Part shown: piece by piece, positions 9,461 to 18,629 of the stretch
Position numbering within the stretch: position 1 is the first letter of the stretch
How the letters are laid out: each line of letters opens with the position of its first letter
Source of the DNA: Bacteroidota bacterium
Lineage (GTDB): Bacteria > Bacteroidota > Ignavibacteria > UBA10030 > SZUA-254
DNA: 64,000 nucleotides
NCBI GenBank assembly: GCA_049515655.1
Contig: JBEKTW010000007.1
Coordinates: 64,648-128,647, forward strand
Direction of reading: 5' to 3'
Program-made: the position numbers and the translations under genes
The notes under the pieces: model-generated
Told to the model about the DNA's origin: nothing
The model's database searches: none
What the model saw: only the letters and a program-made list of their open reading frames with translations

Positions 9461-10603
9461 TACTGTCTGGGCTGCATCTTGCAAACTCTTTGCGACTGCA
9501 AAATTCAATCCGGAGCCTGCAAGGATCTCCCGTGCTTCTTTGGCATTCGTTCCTTCGAGCCGGACGACGACGGGGACGTTGACCCGGACGTTCCTCGCCG
9601 CTTCGACGATGCCGTTCGCGACGCGGTCACAACGGACGATGCCGCCAAAGATGTTGACCAGCACCGCTTTCACGTTCTTGTCTGAAAGAATGATCTTGAA
9701 GCCGTTGGAAACGGTTTCCACGTTCGCTCCGCCGCCGACGTCGAGGAAGTTCGCGGGCTCGCCGCCCGCAAGCTTTATGATGTCCATGGTAGCCATAGCA
9801 AGTCCGGCGCCATTGACCATGCACCCGACGTTACCGTCGAGCTTGATGTAATTCAAATTGTACCTTGAGGCCTCGATTTCGAGCGATTCCTCCTCATCGA
9901 GGTCGCGCATCCGGACCATATCGGGATGTCGATAGAGGGCGTTGTCGTCGAAATTCATTTTCGCATCGAGCGCGAGGATCTGGCCCTCCGTGGTCAGGAC
10001 GAGGGGGTTGATCTCCGCGAGTGTGGCGTCGGACTCGTCGTATGCCCGGTAAAGCGCCAGCAAGAATTTGACGGCATTCTTGAAGGCATCGCCGCTGAGA
10101 CCGAGCCCGAAAACCAGTTTTCGCGCCTGGAATTCGCGTAGGCCGATTGTGGGGTTTACCGTTTCCTTGAGAATCAGGTGAGGTGCTTCGGCAGCAACTT
10201 TTTCGATTTCAACCCCGCCTTCCGTCGATGCCATGACCACGTTTTGTGATTTCGCGCGGTCGAGCGTAATCCCCACGTACAGTTCCTTCGCGATCGAGAT
10301 ACCCTGCTCAACAAGCAGCCGCTTGACGATCCTTCCTTCCGGACCCGTTTGATGCGTGACGAGACGCATGCCGAGAATTTGGGACGCAAAGGTCCGGACG
10401 TGTTCCAAGCTCTTCGCGACCTTGACACCACCGCCTTTGCCTCGGCCGCCGGCGTGAATCTGTGCCTTGACGACCCATGCGGTTCCTCCGAGGTTTTCGG
10501 CAATTCTCACTGCTTCCTCCGCTGTGAATGCCGGGCCGCCATTCGGAACTGCCACACCGAAATTCTTTAAGATCTCTTTTGCCTGATACTCGTGGATTTT
10601 CAT
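9443..10603 (-). CDS. sucC: succinyl-CoA synthetase (ADP-forming) beta subunit
   Basis: 386 aa. [18 protein letters not shown]-terminus, ATP-grasp region and C-terminal CoA-ligase domain (GGIVRCD). No sucD is adjacent. Confidence 0.95.
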   Translation of the reverse strand: MKIHEYQAKEILKNFGVAVPNGGPAFTAEEAVRIAENLGGTAWVVKAQIHAGGRGKGGGVKVAKSLEHVRTFASQILGMRLVTHQTGPEGRIVKRLLVEQGISIAKELYVGITLDRAKSQNVVMASTEGGVEIEKVAAEAPHLILKETVNPTIGLREFQARKLVFGLGLSGDAFKNAVKFLLALYRAYDESDATLAEINPLVLTTEGQILALDAKMNFDDNALYRHPDMVRMRDLDEEESLEIEASRYNLNYIKLDGNVGCMVNGAGLAMATMDIIKLAGGEPANFLDVGGGANVETVSNGFKIILSDKNVKAVLVNIFGGIVRCDRVANGIVEAARNVRVNVPVVVRLEGTNAKEAREILAGSGLNFAVAKSLQDAAQTVVEMLR

Positions 10604-10693
10604 GTCGGGATTTTGAGATAATTAAGATTATGAGATTGTGAGATGTTGAGATTATGAGAAAATTGAGATGGTGAGAAATTTGAGATCATGAGA

Positions 10694-11047
10694 TTACTTC
10701 CTAAGTCGTTTTTGCAAGCCGTCAAGCATCGCGATGATCTCATTGATAGCAGAAACAATTTGATTATATGACTCCTGACTAAGATACTTGTTGGATAACG
10801 CAACATCTGCGCAACCAATGCATTCGAAACCAGAACGAATCGAGTAATCGAGGAACCTGGAGAATTCCTTGTTCGACGTGTTACCCGCTCCTTCAGCGAT
10901 ATTCAGTACGACCGAGTCAGAAGCACGACGAAATTGCACAGTAAGAACAAAGAATTCGTCTTTTGGGAATGACTTTGTCGTTTTCCTTACCAATCCTGTG
11001 AAACTCAAAGCCTTCTGATAAACTATCAGGTCCTTTAGTTTATGCAC
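10694..11047 (-). CDS. four-helix-bundle protein (TIGR02436 / 23S rRNA IVS protein family)
   Basis: 117 aa, GTG start preceded by AGGAGG. Family pattern L.VYQKA..F......T..FP..E...L..Q.RRA..S...NIAEG.G..S.KEF..FL.YS..S..E. Confidence 0.85.
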   Translation of the reverse strand: MHKLKDLIVYQKALSFTGLVRKTTKSFPKDEFFVLTVQFRRASDSVVLNIAEGAGNTSNKEFSRFLDYSIRSGFECIGCADVALSNKYLSQESYNQIVSAINEIIAMLDGLQKRLRK

Positions 11048-11095
11048 GTCCGCCTCCTTCCTTTCTCAACTACTCACCCTAGCAATCTCACATCT

Positions 11096-11292
11096 GCCAC
11101 TATCTGTCTATCTCAACATCTTACCCCGCCACTACCCGCCTTTCTCATCATCTCACCTGCGCCACTACCCGCCTATCTCACCATCTCACCCGCGCCACTA
11201 CCCGCCTATCTCACCATCTCACCCGCGCCACTACCCGCCTATCTCATCATCTTACCCCTGCCACTACCTGTCTTTCTCATCATCTCATCTAC
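11096..11292 (-). repeat. tandem array, 6 units of 32-33 nt (GCCACTACCCGCCTATCTCACCATCTCACCCGC)
   Basis: Units at 11096, 11128, 11161, 11194, 11227 and 11260. Units 11161-11193 and 11194-11226 are identical. Confidence 0.9.
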
Positions 11293-11734
11293 TTTCTTTC
11301 CTTGCCATCGCCTCATCCTGCCACTCGTGTACCAGCTTTATTGCTTCAACATAATCCGGGATCGGGACGAAGACTCTCGCAAGTCTTCCCCGGGCGCCCC
11401 ATACCGGAGCAACAACTTCGAAGCCCGATCCCTTCAGCATGGCAGCTATGGATTCCGCTTCGGCGATGTAGTTTGATTCGTACACTCTGGCAAAGTCTTC
11501 CTGTACCACGACGTCCTGATGCTCGGCACAGAACAACCGTTTATGAATGACGATTGCGCAACTGTCACAGACGAATTTGCGGCAGATGATACAAACTCCT
11601 TCTGCTTCCCGGTCCCGGTGAAAATCGCAAACCGTGAACGGAGCTTGCTCGAACAGCACGCCGCAGTGAGGGCAAAAATCGCTGTCGGTCGATGCTTCCT
11701 CGCCGCAATTTCCGCAATTGTCGACTTCCGGCAT
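11285..11734 (-). CDS. zinc-ribbon protein with C-terminal DUF2007-like domain
   Basis: 149 aa. N-terminal CGNCG..CPHCG and further Cys/His clusters. The C-terminal part (YESNYIAEAESIAAMLKGSGFEVV..VPIPDYVEAIKLV) resembles DUF2007. Confidence 0.6.
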   Translation of the reverse strand: MPEVDNCGNCGEEASTDSDFCPHCGVLFEQAPFTVCDFHRDREAEGVCIICRKFVCDSCAIVIHKRLFCAEHQDVVVQEDFARVYESNYIAEAESIAAMLKGSGFEVVAPVWGARGRLARVFVPIPDYVEAIKLVHEWQDEAMARKESR

Positions 11735-11758
11735 ATGCCAATTGCAGGATGTTCGACC

Positions 11759-13315
11759 CTACTTGATCTTCTCGGCCAGGGATTTAGCCTGCAGGAAAAG
11801 TCCGAGATAGTCCCGGCCGCCGGCTTTTGAATCGGTCCCGCTCATGTTGAAGCCGCCGAAGGGATGCGCGCCGACCATCGCGCCCGTGCACTTGCGGTTG
11901 AGGTACAGATTACCGCAATAGAACTCACGCTTCGCCCGGTCGAGCTTTTTCCGGTTCTTTGAAAACACTGCACCTGTCAAGCCAAACTCGGTGTTGTTGG
12001 CAATTTCAAGCGCATGGTCGAAGTCCTTCGCTTTGATGACGGCAAGAACCGGTCCGAAGATCTCTTCCTGCGCAATCGTTCCTTTGGGGTCGATATCGGC
12101 GATGACGGTCGGACGGAGAAAATAACCCTTTCCTTCTGCCCGCAGGCCGCCTGCAACCAGACGCCCGCCTTCGCGCAGGGCGGTCTCGACATACTGGAGG
12201 ATCTTCTCCATCGAGCTCTTGTTGACGATGGGTCCCATGTAATTCGTTAGAACCTTGGCCGGGCCGACTGTGATGGATTCTGCCCGCTTGACCAGCAAGT
12301 CGACCATCCTGTCGTAAATTTTTTCGTCGATGATTACCCGTGAACACGCGGAACATTTCTGTCCCTGGAACCCGAACGCGGAAACGGTCACGGCAGCCGC
12401 AGCTTCATCAACATTTGTTTCATGGTCGACGATAATGGAATCTTTGCCGCCCATTTCAGCGATGACGCGCTTCAGCCAGATTTGTCCTGGACGGACCTTC
12501 GCCGCCTCTTCGTTGATATGAATGCCGATTTCCTTGGAGCCCGTGAATGCAATGAATCTTGTCTGTGGGTGGGTCACGATCGTATCGCCGACGGCGCCTC
12601 CGGGACCCGCGACGAAATTGATGACTCCAGGCGGAAGTCCGGCTTCTTCCATCACCTCCATGAACTTGTATCCGATGAAGGGAGAATCGCTCGACGGTTT
12701 GAGAACGACCGTATTGCCGGTCACCGCCGCCGCCGTTGTCATGCCGCACAGGATCGCAAGCGGGAAATTCCACGGCGGAATGACCGCTCCCACACCGAGC
12801 GGGATGTAGGCCACCTCGTCCTTTTCGCCCAGAAGCTGGATCGCGGGTTTCTGGTCGGCGTATCGGAGCATTTCGCGGGCGTAGAATTCAAGGAAGTCAA
12901 TCGCCTCGGCAACGTCGGCGTCGGCTTCGGGCCAGGTCTTGCCGACTTCGAGAATCTCCGCCGCGTTCAACTCGAACCGGCGCTTGCGCATGATCTTAGC
13001 GGCCTTGAAGACGTACCCCGCGCGTTTCGCCGGAGGCACCCATTGCCATTCCTCATACTTTTTGAGGGCAACGTCGAGGGCGTGGAGCGCGTCGTCGTCG
13101 GTTCCTTTTTGAAAAACGCCAACAACCTGGTCGGGATCGGAGGGGTTGAGCGAGTTGAACTTAATCTGAGAGGTTACCCGTTCGCCGCCAATGATGCTCG
13201 GGTATTCCCTGCCGAGCACGGCTTCGAGTGTGGCAATTGCGTCTTCCTGTTTTTTTCGATTGGCGAATTTCGACCAATCGGTGTAGGATTCATTTTTGAA
13301 TTTTGAGGTGTTCAT
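11759..13315 (-). CDS. pruA: L-glutamate gamma-semialdehyde (1-pyrroline-5-carboxylate) dehydrogenase
   Basis: 518 aa aldehyde dehydrogenase. Catalytic Cys context FGFQGQKCSACSR, Glu context EMGGKD, EEIFGPVLAV. Size and N-terminus fit PruA/RocA-type enzymes. Confidence 0.85.
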   Translation of the reverse strand: MNTSKFKNESYTDWSKFANRKKQEDAIATLEAVLGREYPSIIGGERVTSQIKFNSLNPSDPDQVVGVFQKGTDDDALHALDVALKKYEEWQWVPPAKRAGYVFKAAKIMRKRRFELNAAEILEVGKTWPEADADVAEAIDFLEFYAREMLRYADQKPAIQLLGEKDEVAYIPLGVGAVIPPWNFPLAILCGMTTAAAVTGNTVVLKPSSDSPFIGYKFMEVMEEAGLPPGVINFVAGPGGAVGDTIVTHPQTRFIAFTGSKEIGIHINEEAAKVRPGQIWLKRVIAEMGGKDSIIVDHETNVDEAAAAVTVSAFGFQGQKCSACSRVIIDEKIYDRMVDLLVKRAESITVGPAKVLTNYMGPIVNKSSMEKILQYVETALREGGRLVAGGLRAEGKGYFLRPTVIADIDPKGTIAQEEIFGPVLAVIKAKDFDHALEIANNTEFGLTGAVFSKNRKKLDRAKREFYCGNLYLNRKCTGAMVGAHPFGGFNMSGTDSKAGGRDYLGLFLQAKSLAEKIK

Positions 13316-13342
13316 AATGATTGACTTTGTCTCAAGTGATAT

Positions 13343-13564
13343 TCAGATTGATTTCACAAATTTTTCAACGTCGATCCCCGCTTGACGCAAGATCGCCCGA
13401 AGCGTTCCCGTGTCAAGCTCCTTGTGGTCGGGGACAACAACTTGACAAAAAGGACTGTCCTTTCTCAGGATGATATGACTCCCGTGTTGACGCTTTGCGT
13501 AAAAGCCGAACTTACTGAGAACGTTAACGCAATCTCTTCCCGAGATCCTCGGAAGCTTGCTCAT
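13343..13564 (-). CDS. hicA: HicA-family mRNA interferase toxin
   Basis: 73 aa. YcfA/HicA pattern ..SGRD..NVLSKFGF...RQHGSHIILRK. ATGA overlap with the upstream hicB. Confidence 0.8.
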   Translation of the reverse strand: MSKLPRISGRDCVNVLSKFGFYAKRQHGSHIILRKDSPFCQVVVPDHKELDTGTLRAILRQAGIDVEKFVKSI

Positions 13565-13767
13565 ACAGCAACGACAAAGGCTTCAAACCGCTCTTCAGGA
13601 ATTGGCAACTTATCTTCTTTGAGTGCCTCAATATACCCTTCAATGGCTTCCCGGATATTCGTGAGAGCTTTTTCTTTCGTTTTGCCCTGACTAATACAAC
13701 CGGGAAGGCTGGGACACTCCGCGACCCAATAACCTTGTTCGCCGGGATAAACGATTACTTGACGCAT
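13561..13767 (-). CDS. hicB: HicB-family antitoxin (UPF0150-type)
   Basis: 68 aa. YWVAECPSLPGCISQGKTKEKALTNIREAIEGYIEAL is typical of the HicB N-domain. 4-nt overlap with hicA. Confidence 0.8.
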   Translation of the reverse strand: MRQVIVYPGEQGYWVAECPSLPGCISQGKTKEKALTNIREAIEGYIEALKEDKLPIPEERFEAFVVAV

Positions 13768-14219
13768 AACCAGTCCTATTTTAGATGATAGAATTTTATG
13801 GATAATCTCTAATGAAATTCAAACTACGAACATTCTCTCTCCCTGCGAATTTTACATATCTTTCACCTACGAGAACTGTCACGCATGCATTAATGCTTCC
13901 AGATTCTTTGAATCCTTCTTGAATTTAATGCTTGGCGGTTCTTCGGAAAAAGACAATTCAAATCTCAAGTTTCGCGTTAATTGAACAATGAGGATTCATC
14001 GTGAAGAAAAGCAAAATCCTCAACAATTTGGTAGTTTTTGGAGTGATTTCCAAATCCGGGAAGACGTCATTCTCATTACGCACTGCCAGACCTATTTTCC
14101 ATCTTCCCCTTGGTGAGGCGAGGTGACTTCTCCCCCTTATTCAAGGGGAGAATACAAGAGGGAGTTTGACCTGGACGATACGACGTTCATCTGAAACGCT
14201 CCCCCGATTCCAACGGACA

Positions 14220-15611
14220 TTAAATAATGTTATAGAGCATGCTGAATGAGATGGTGAATGTTGACGTTCGGTCATTCGAGGGAGAAGTGTAGTACTCGAG
14301 ATACTCCGTGTAATTCAAAGAAGTTTTGAAGGTGACCTGATCCTCAACGAAATAGACAAAAGAGCCTGAGACAGTGTGGGTGAATTCTCTGTCATAGCCC
14401 GGGAAGTAAATTCTTACCGTTGAGCTTTGGGTCTTCAGATACGAGTAACTCAGCTGGACGTTAAATTTCTCGCCGACCTGGTGCGTCAGCGTTGTGACAA
14501 AGTTCACCGTAGTAAAGAGATCAGCCCGGAAACGAGGGAATTCAAGCGTCAGGGCAGAATGAAGGTGGGTGTAGAGAGTGAAGGGATGGCCGAACTCAGC
14601 ACTTACCTGATGGAGATAATCGTCATCCGTGCTTCGATTCTGGAAGTGTTGAAGGGATCCTTCGTACTGTGAAGTGTGATCGATGTTCCCGTGAACGCCA
14701 AAACCGTAAGCCACGCGCCATCCGAAGAATCTCGGGTCGATAAGCTCACGCAATCCTTCCGCGACGCGGAGCGACGAATACGCGTTGACAAGGCTGGAGT
14801 CGATCGCACCGGAGGCAGCCAATTCCTCGACAATATCCCGGACGAGAAATTTCTCCGAGCGTTCGTAGTTTGTCGTGTACTCGCGGCTGTGCGCGACACG
14901 GTCGATGAGGGAGACCATTTGCGCATGGTTCAGCGGGCTTCTGATGGCGCCGTCTTCGCGCAGACGCTCAATGATGCGCACGGCCTGAAAGACGAATGTT
15001 CCATCCCGGATTCTGCCGTAGCCTATGCCCAGAATACCTTCGTCGTTGAAAGAAACGGTGCGCGTCGAATTCCCCTCGGCGTGGGATTGTGAGGACTGGC
15101 TGTACGAATGGTAGTCATATGCATAAGCGAGATTGTACGACCCGAAAATGTGGGGCCCGTCGCCATCGAAGTATCTCAGGTACGAACAGGCCACGGATAG
15201 ATTGCCGGTTTTATCGCTATTTGCCTCACTTGATACGTGCGAATAATTGTCGGACAAAGAGTAACTTCCCGAGGATGAGTATTTCGTGTACTGGAATGAC
15301 CCCGACGTCTTCAAATCGAATGTGTGAACATCGTTGACATGAAACAAAAGAAATGTGGAGTTGGCAACGATAGAGCCGTTGGCGTTCTGGTCGGTGGATG
15401 TCACAGCGTTTCCATTATAGATCTCGCTTATCATATAATCTTCGTTCTTGATCGTATTGTAGAAACTACCCGACATACCCCCCTTCAAATCGATCGCTCT
15501 CGTTTCCGGATATCGAAAGTCGGAGATGGAAATGCTGTCTTGTGCCGAAGCTGCAACGGCAAAAATGAGGAGCAAGGTGAGTTGAGAAATAAGTGTCTTA
15601 ATCATGCGCAC
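14220..15611 (-). CDS. secreted protein of unknown function (possible outer-membrane beta-barrel)
   Basis: 463 aa. Signal peptide ..LLLIFAVAASAQ; Ser/Tyr/Asn-rich alternating pattern. No family recognised. Confidence 0.55.
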   Translation of the reverse strand: MRMIKTLISQLTLLLIFAVAASAQDSISISDFRYPETRAIDLKGGMSGSFYNTIKNEDYMISEIYNGNAVTSTDQNANGSIVANSTFLLFHVNDVHTFDLKTSGSFQYTKYSSSGSYSLSDNYSHVSSEANSDKTGNLSVACSYLRYFDGDGPHIFGSYNLAYAYDYHSYSQSSQSHAEGNSTRTVSFNDEGILGIGYGRIRDGTFVFQAVRIIERLREDGAIRSPLNHAQMVSLIDRVAHSREYTTNYERSEKFLVRDIVEELAASGAIDSSLVNAYSSLRVAEGLRELIDPRFFGWRVAYGFGVHGNIDHTSQYEGSLQHFQNRSTDDDYLHQVSAEFGHPFTLYTHLHSALTLEFPRFRADLFTTVNFVTTLTHQVGEKFNVQLSYSYLKTQSSTVRIYFPGYDREFTHTVSGSFVYFVEDQVTFKTSLNYTEYLEYYTSPSNDRTSTFTISFSMLYNII

Positions 15612-15695
15612 TTCTCGGAACGATTGACAGATGTCTTACGTGAAAAACCTCTTAGCGCTTCCCGGCGATGACGATGTCCGGCAGGAAGAGCAGCA

Positions 15696-18629
15696 TCACT
15701 TCAACGCATGCATAACCGCATCTCCGACCGCAGGCCGGACTTGAGCAATCTTCATGTTGTTTCGCGTCGGATAGACGCGGTTCGTCAATAATATGACCAC
15801 GATCTTCTTATCAGGATCGGCCCAGATGGAAGTCCCCGTGAAACCCGTGTGGCCGAATGTTTTCTCCCCGAACAACGATCCTGCCGAGCTGTATCCCGTC
15901 ATGGATTTGGTGTCCCATCCGAGTGCGCGCGTGCTGGACGAGCTTTGCCTTGTCGTAAAAAGTTTGACGGTTTCAAGTTCCAGGTATTGCTTGCCGCCAT
16001 AATTTCCGCCATTCATCAGCATTTGCATAGAAACGGCGAGGTCGGAGGCGTTCGAGAACAACCCTGCATGCCCTGAAACACCACCCAGGGCGTAGGCATT
16101 TTCATCATGGACAGCCCCGTGGACAAGTGTCTTCCGGAAAACACTGTCATACTCGGTGGGGGCGATATCATCCCGGAGCGTCTCGGGCGGTCTGAACATT
16201 GTCCGCGACATCCCGAGCGGCTTGAAAAACGTCTCGTTGACATACTCGTCCAACGATTTGCCCGTTACCTTTTCAATAATTTTTCCGAGGAGTATGAAGT
16301 CAAAGTCGCTGTAGAGGGTGGAATCCCCGGCGCGGTAGATGGTTTCGGTTTGATACACCGAATCCAGCACTTCCTGCGGCGACTTGCACATCAGGTACAA
16401 TCTCTTGAATGGGGGCAAGCCGCCGTTGTGGAGCAGAAGATTCCGGAGAGTAATTCTCTCTTTCCCGTGATTTCCGAATTCAGGAATATATTTCACGACG
16501 GGATCGTCAAGCTTCAGTTTTCCTTCATCGTACAATTTCATGACCGCAGTCGTCGTCGCAATTACTTTCGTGAGGGAAGCGAGGTCGTACAACGTGCTGT
16601 TGCGTACCTGCCGGCTGGTGTCGGAATACTCGAATCTCCCGAACGATTTATTATAGACGACAGCGCCATCCTTTACAACGAGCACTTGCGCTCCCGGGAA
16701 GGCAGTGTCGCGTATCGCATTAGCGATAATCGAGTCAAGCCTCTCCAGACTGTCTCGTTTGAATCCGACATTCTCCGGAGCATCTTTGCGCAATGCCGAT
16801 TGGGACAACTCGATCCCGCTTCCGTACGCAAACATCCCGGGAACCGTCACCGGGAGCTTGCCGCTGGTGGCAATTTCACCGAAGAGAGCCTCGAGGGTGG
16901 CTTCGGTGATCGGTTCACAATCGGAATAGGAGCAAATGTAAGCATTTGCGTTCGGAATGGAATCAAGGATGTACGGACTTCCCATGGCGATCACAACCGT
17001 CGGAGTCCCCGTAGCGGTCAGATTTTTCAGGAAGCCGGTGATTTCATCGGGTAGTCCGAATTTGCCGGATCCTGAACGGGCTTTTGAAAAAATCGGGCAG
17101 AGAATGATTCCGGCATTCTTCGCTTTCTTGAGTGCGCCGTCAAAATCGAGGTCGTTGCTGGTGGGGTCGATGTGGATCGTTTCAATTCTGGCGTATCGCT
17201 TCCGGAACAGGGTGGTGAAGTAATCGCCCACCGGCTCATTGGGCCAGGGTGACGTCGTGCGGTGAATTTCTGTCCGGTAGTTTTCATTATCACTGACGAT
17301 GACGCTGAGGATTTTCTTGTTGCCAAAATGTTCCAGGGGAAGAAGCCCGTCATTTTTCAAAAGTGTAATTGATCTCCGTGCAATTTGTTTTGCCAGGGAA
17401 GAATGATCAACCGTTGCAACGACGTTTGGAATCTCATGAATATCGACTGAGCTGCGTGTCGAAAGTCCCAGGTCCCATTTGAGTCCGAGAATCTTCGTGA
17501 CCGATAGGTCAATGCGGCTTTCCGGAATCCTTCCGCTCCTCACGGCCATCGAGAGCGCACGTACTGCCGCATCCTCATCCGGAAGCATCAGGAGCATGTC
17601 GACTCCGGCCTCGACAGCCATGACTGCGGCGGAGTCCACACCGAACCGGCCGACAACAGCTCCCATTTCCATCGCATCCGTGACAACCAATCCCTTGAAC
17701 CCGAGCTGATTTTTCAGCAGATCGCCGACGACTTCGTGAGAAAGCGTCGCGGGGAGTTGTTTTGAATGCTCAACCGATGGGACTTCAAGATGCGCCACCA
17801 TCACCGACGCGATATTGCGTTGAATCAGATTCCGGTAGGGAAGGAGCTCGACACTGTCGAGTCGCTGGCGTGAAGCGTTGATGACCGGTACGTCCAGGTG
17901 CGAGTCGGTCTGCGTATCGCCGTGACCGGGAAAATGTTTCGCGGTTGCAAGGACGCCTCCGGATTGGAGACCGGTGACAAAGGCGCCGGCCATCCCTGCC
18001 ACCAGTTGTGGATTTTCGCCGAACGACCGTGTGTTGATGACGGGATTGTCCGGATTTACATTGACGTCAACGACGGGGGCAAAAACCTGCCAGATGCCGA
18101 TGGCGCGGGATTCTTCGGCAATCGCGTTTCCCATCCTGAAGGCGAGCGTTGTGTCGCGTGTCGCGCCAAGTGCCATAGCTTCCGGAAAGCGTGTCGCGCG
18201 CCTGATACGCATCGCCGACCCATATTCAAAGTCCGAGGCCGTCAGGAGTGGCACATCGGCCTCCTGCTGCATGTGGTTGATGATCATTGCGGTTTCATAC
18301 ACGTCTCCCTGGAGGAAAATCAGCCCGCCGACCTTGCGGTCCTTCACGAGATGCTCGAGCCGGCGGTACTCGTCCCCGGTCGAAGAGTAATAGTAGCCGT
18401 ACGCGGATGACATCATCATCTGGGCCAGCTTCTCTTCGAGCGTCATACGTCGTAGCGTGGACGCGACCCAGGAGTTCTTCGAGGGTGCTTCCCGGCGGAC
18501 TTCTTCCTTAACGGAGGGCGGCGGTGAAACGCAAGCGCTCAGCCAGAATGAAACTAAGCAGCAAAGAGGTGGTAGGGTGGAGAGAAGATGTTTCTTATTG
18601 AAACGCATTGAGTCCGATGATTGCTGCAC
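15696..18629 (-). CDS. lipoprotein fusing a GH3 beta-N-acetylhexosaminidase (NagZ-like) domain to a class-C beta-lactamase/serine hydrolase domain
   Basis: 977 aa. Lipobox FWLSAC; GH3 motif KHFPGHGDTQTDSH. The C-terminal domain has the SxxK motif (DLASLTKV) and HTGFTG. Confidence 0.85.
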   Translation of the reverse strand: MQQSSDSMRFNKKHLLSTLPPLCCLVSFWLSACVSPPPSVKEEVRREAPSKNSWVASTLRRMTLEEKLAQMMMSSAYGYYYSSTGDEYRRLEHLVKDRKVGGLIFLQGDVYETAMIINHMQQEADVPLLTASDFEYGSAMRIRRATRFPEAMALGATRDTTLAFRMGNAIAEESRAIGIWQVFAPVVDVNVNPDNPVINTRSFGENPQLVAGMAGAFVTGLQSGGVLATAKHFPGHGDTQTDSHLDVPVINASRQRLDSVELLPYRNLIQRNIASVMVAHLEVPSVEHSKQLPATLSHEVVGDLLKNQLGFKGLVVTDAMEMGAVVGRFGVDSAAVMAVEAGVDMLLMLPDEDAAVRALSMAVRSGRIPESRIDLSVTKILGLKWDLGLSTRSSVDIHEIPNVVATVDHSSLAKQIARRSITLLKNDGLLPLEHFGNKKILSVIVSDNENYRTEIHRTTSPWPNEPVGDYFTTLFRKRYARIETIHIDPTSNDLDFDGALKKAKNAGIILCPIFSKARSGSGKFGLPDEITGFLKNLTATGTPTVVIAMGSPYILDSIPNANAYICSYSDCEPITEATLEALFGEIATSGKLPVTVPGMFAYGSGIELSQSALRKDAPENVGFKRDSLERLDSIIANAIRDTAFPGAQVLVVKDGAVVYNKSFGRFEYSDTSRQVRNSTLYDLASLTKVIATTTAVMKLYDEGKLKLDDPVVKYIPEFGNHGKERITLRNLLLHNGGLPPFKRLYLMCKSPQEVLDSVYQTETIYRAGDSTLYSDFDFILLGKIIEKVTGKSLDEYVNETFFKPLGMSRTMFRPPETLRDDIAPTEYDSVFRKTLVHGAVHDENAYALGGVSGHAGLFSNASDLAVSMQMLMNGGNYGGKQYLELETVKLFTTRQSSSSTRALGWDTKSMTGYSSAGSLFGEKTFGHTGFTGTSIWADPDKKIVVILLTNRVYPTRNNMKIAQVRPAVGDAVMHALK

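Larger units (their letters stand above)
10604..11292 (-). mobile_element. four-helix-bundle gene cassette B (DUF2007 gene|sucC spacer) with complementary word flanks
   Basis: TGAGATGGTGAGA at 10664-10676 is the exact reverse complement of TCTCACCATCTCA at 11176-11188 and 11209-11221. The 3' flank 10610-10690 consists of TGAGAT words. Confidence 0.65.

Noticed and set aside
9217-9851. ORFs 9217..9582, 9288..9851 and 9347..9685 (and 11042..11476) with repetitive PLP/YLT/ISP peptide patterns
   Set aside because: They are translations of the 25-33-nt tandem arrays (period divisible by 3) and of the antisense strand of sucC. They are not genes.
9443-10603. Missing sucD downstream of sucC as evidence for cassette-mediated operon disruption
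   Set aside because: As far as I recall, sucC and sucD are frequently unlinked in Bacteroidota-like genomes. Absence here cannot be attributed to the cassette without comparative data.
8767-11047. Diversity-generating retroelement, because Avd accessory proteins belong to the same four-helix-bundle family
   Set aside because: There is no reverse transcriptase ORF, no template/variable repeat pair with A-specific mismatches, and no target gene with a C-terminal variable region anywhere in the window.
9266-11292. CRISPR array hypothesis for the ~30-nt repeats
   Set aside because: The units are contiguous with no unique spacers, are degenerate in length and sequence, and no cas genes are present.
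12422-13306. 294-aa ORF antisense to the P5C dehydrogenase gene. Similar long antisense ORFs occur at 16107-17054, 18778-19566, 24904-25731, 35098-35871, 38122-38772, 43327-44091, 56726-57415, 57830-58456 and 59076-59891.
   Set aside because: All lie opposite strongly supported genes, lack family motifs and have shadow-frame composition. Treated as non-coding.
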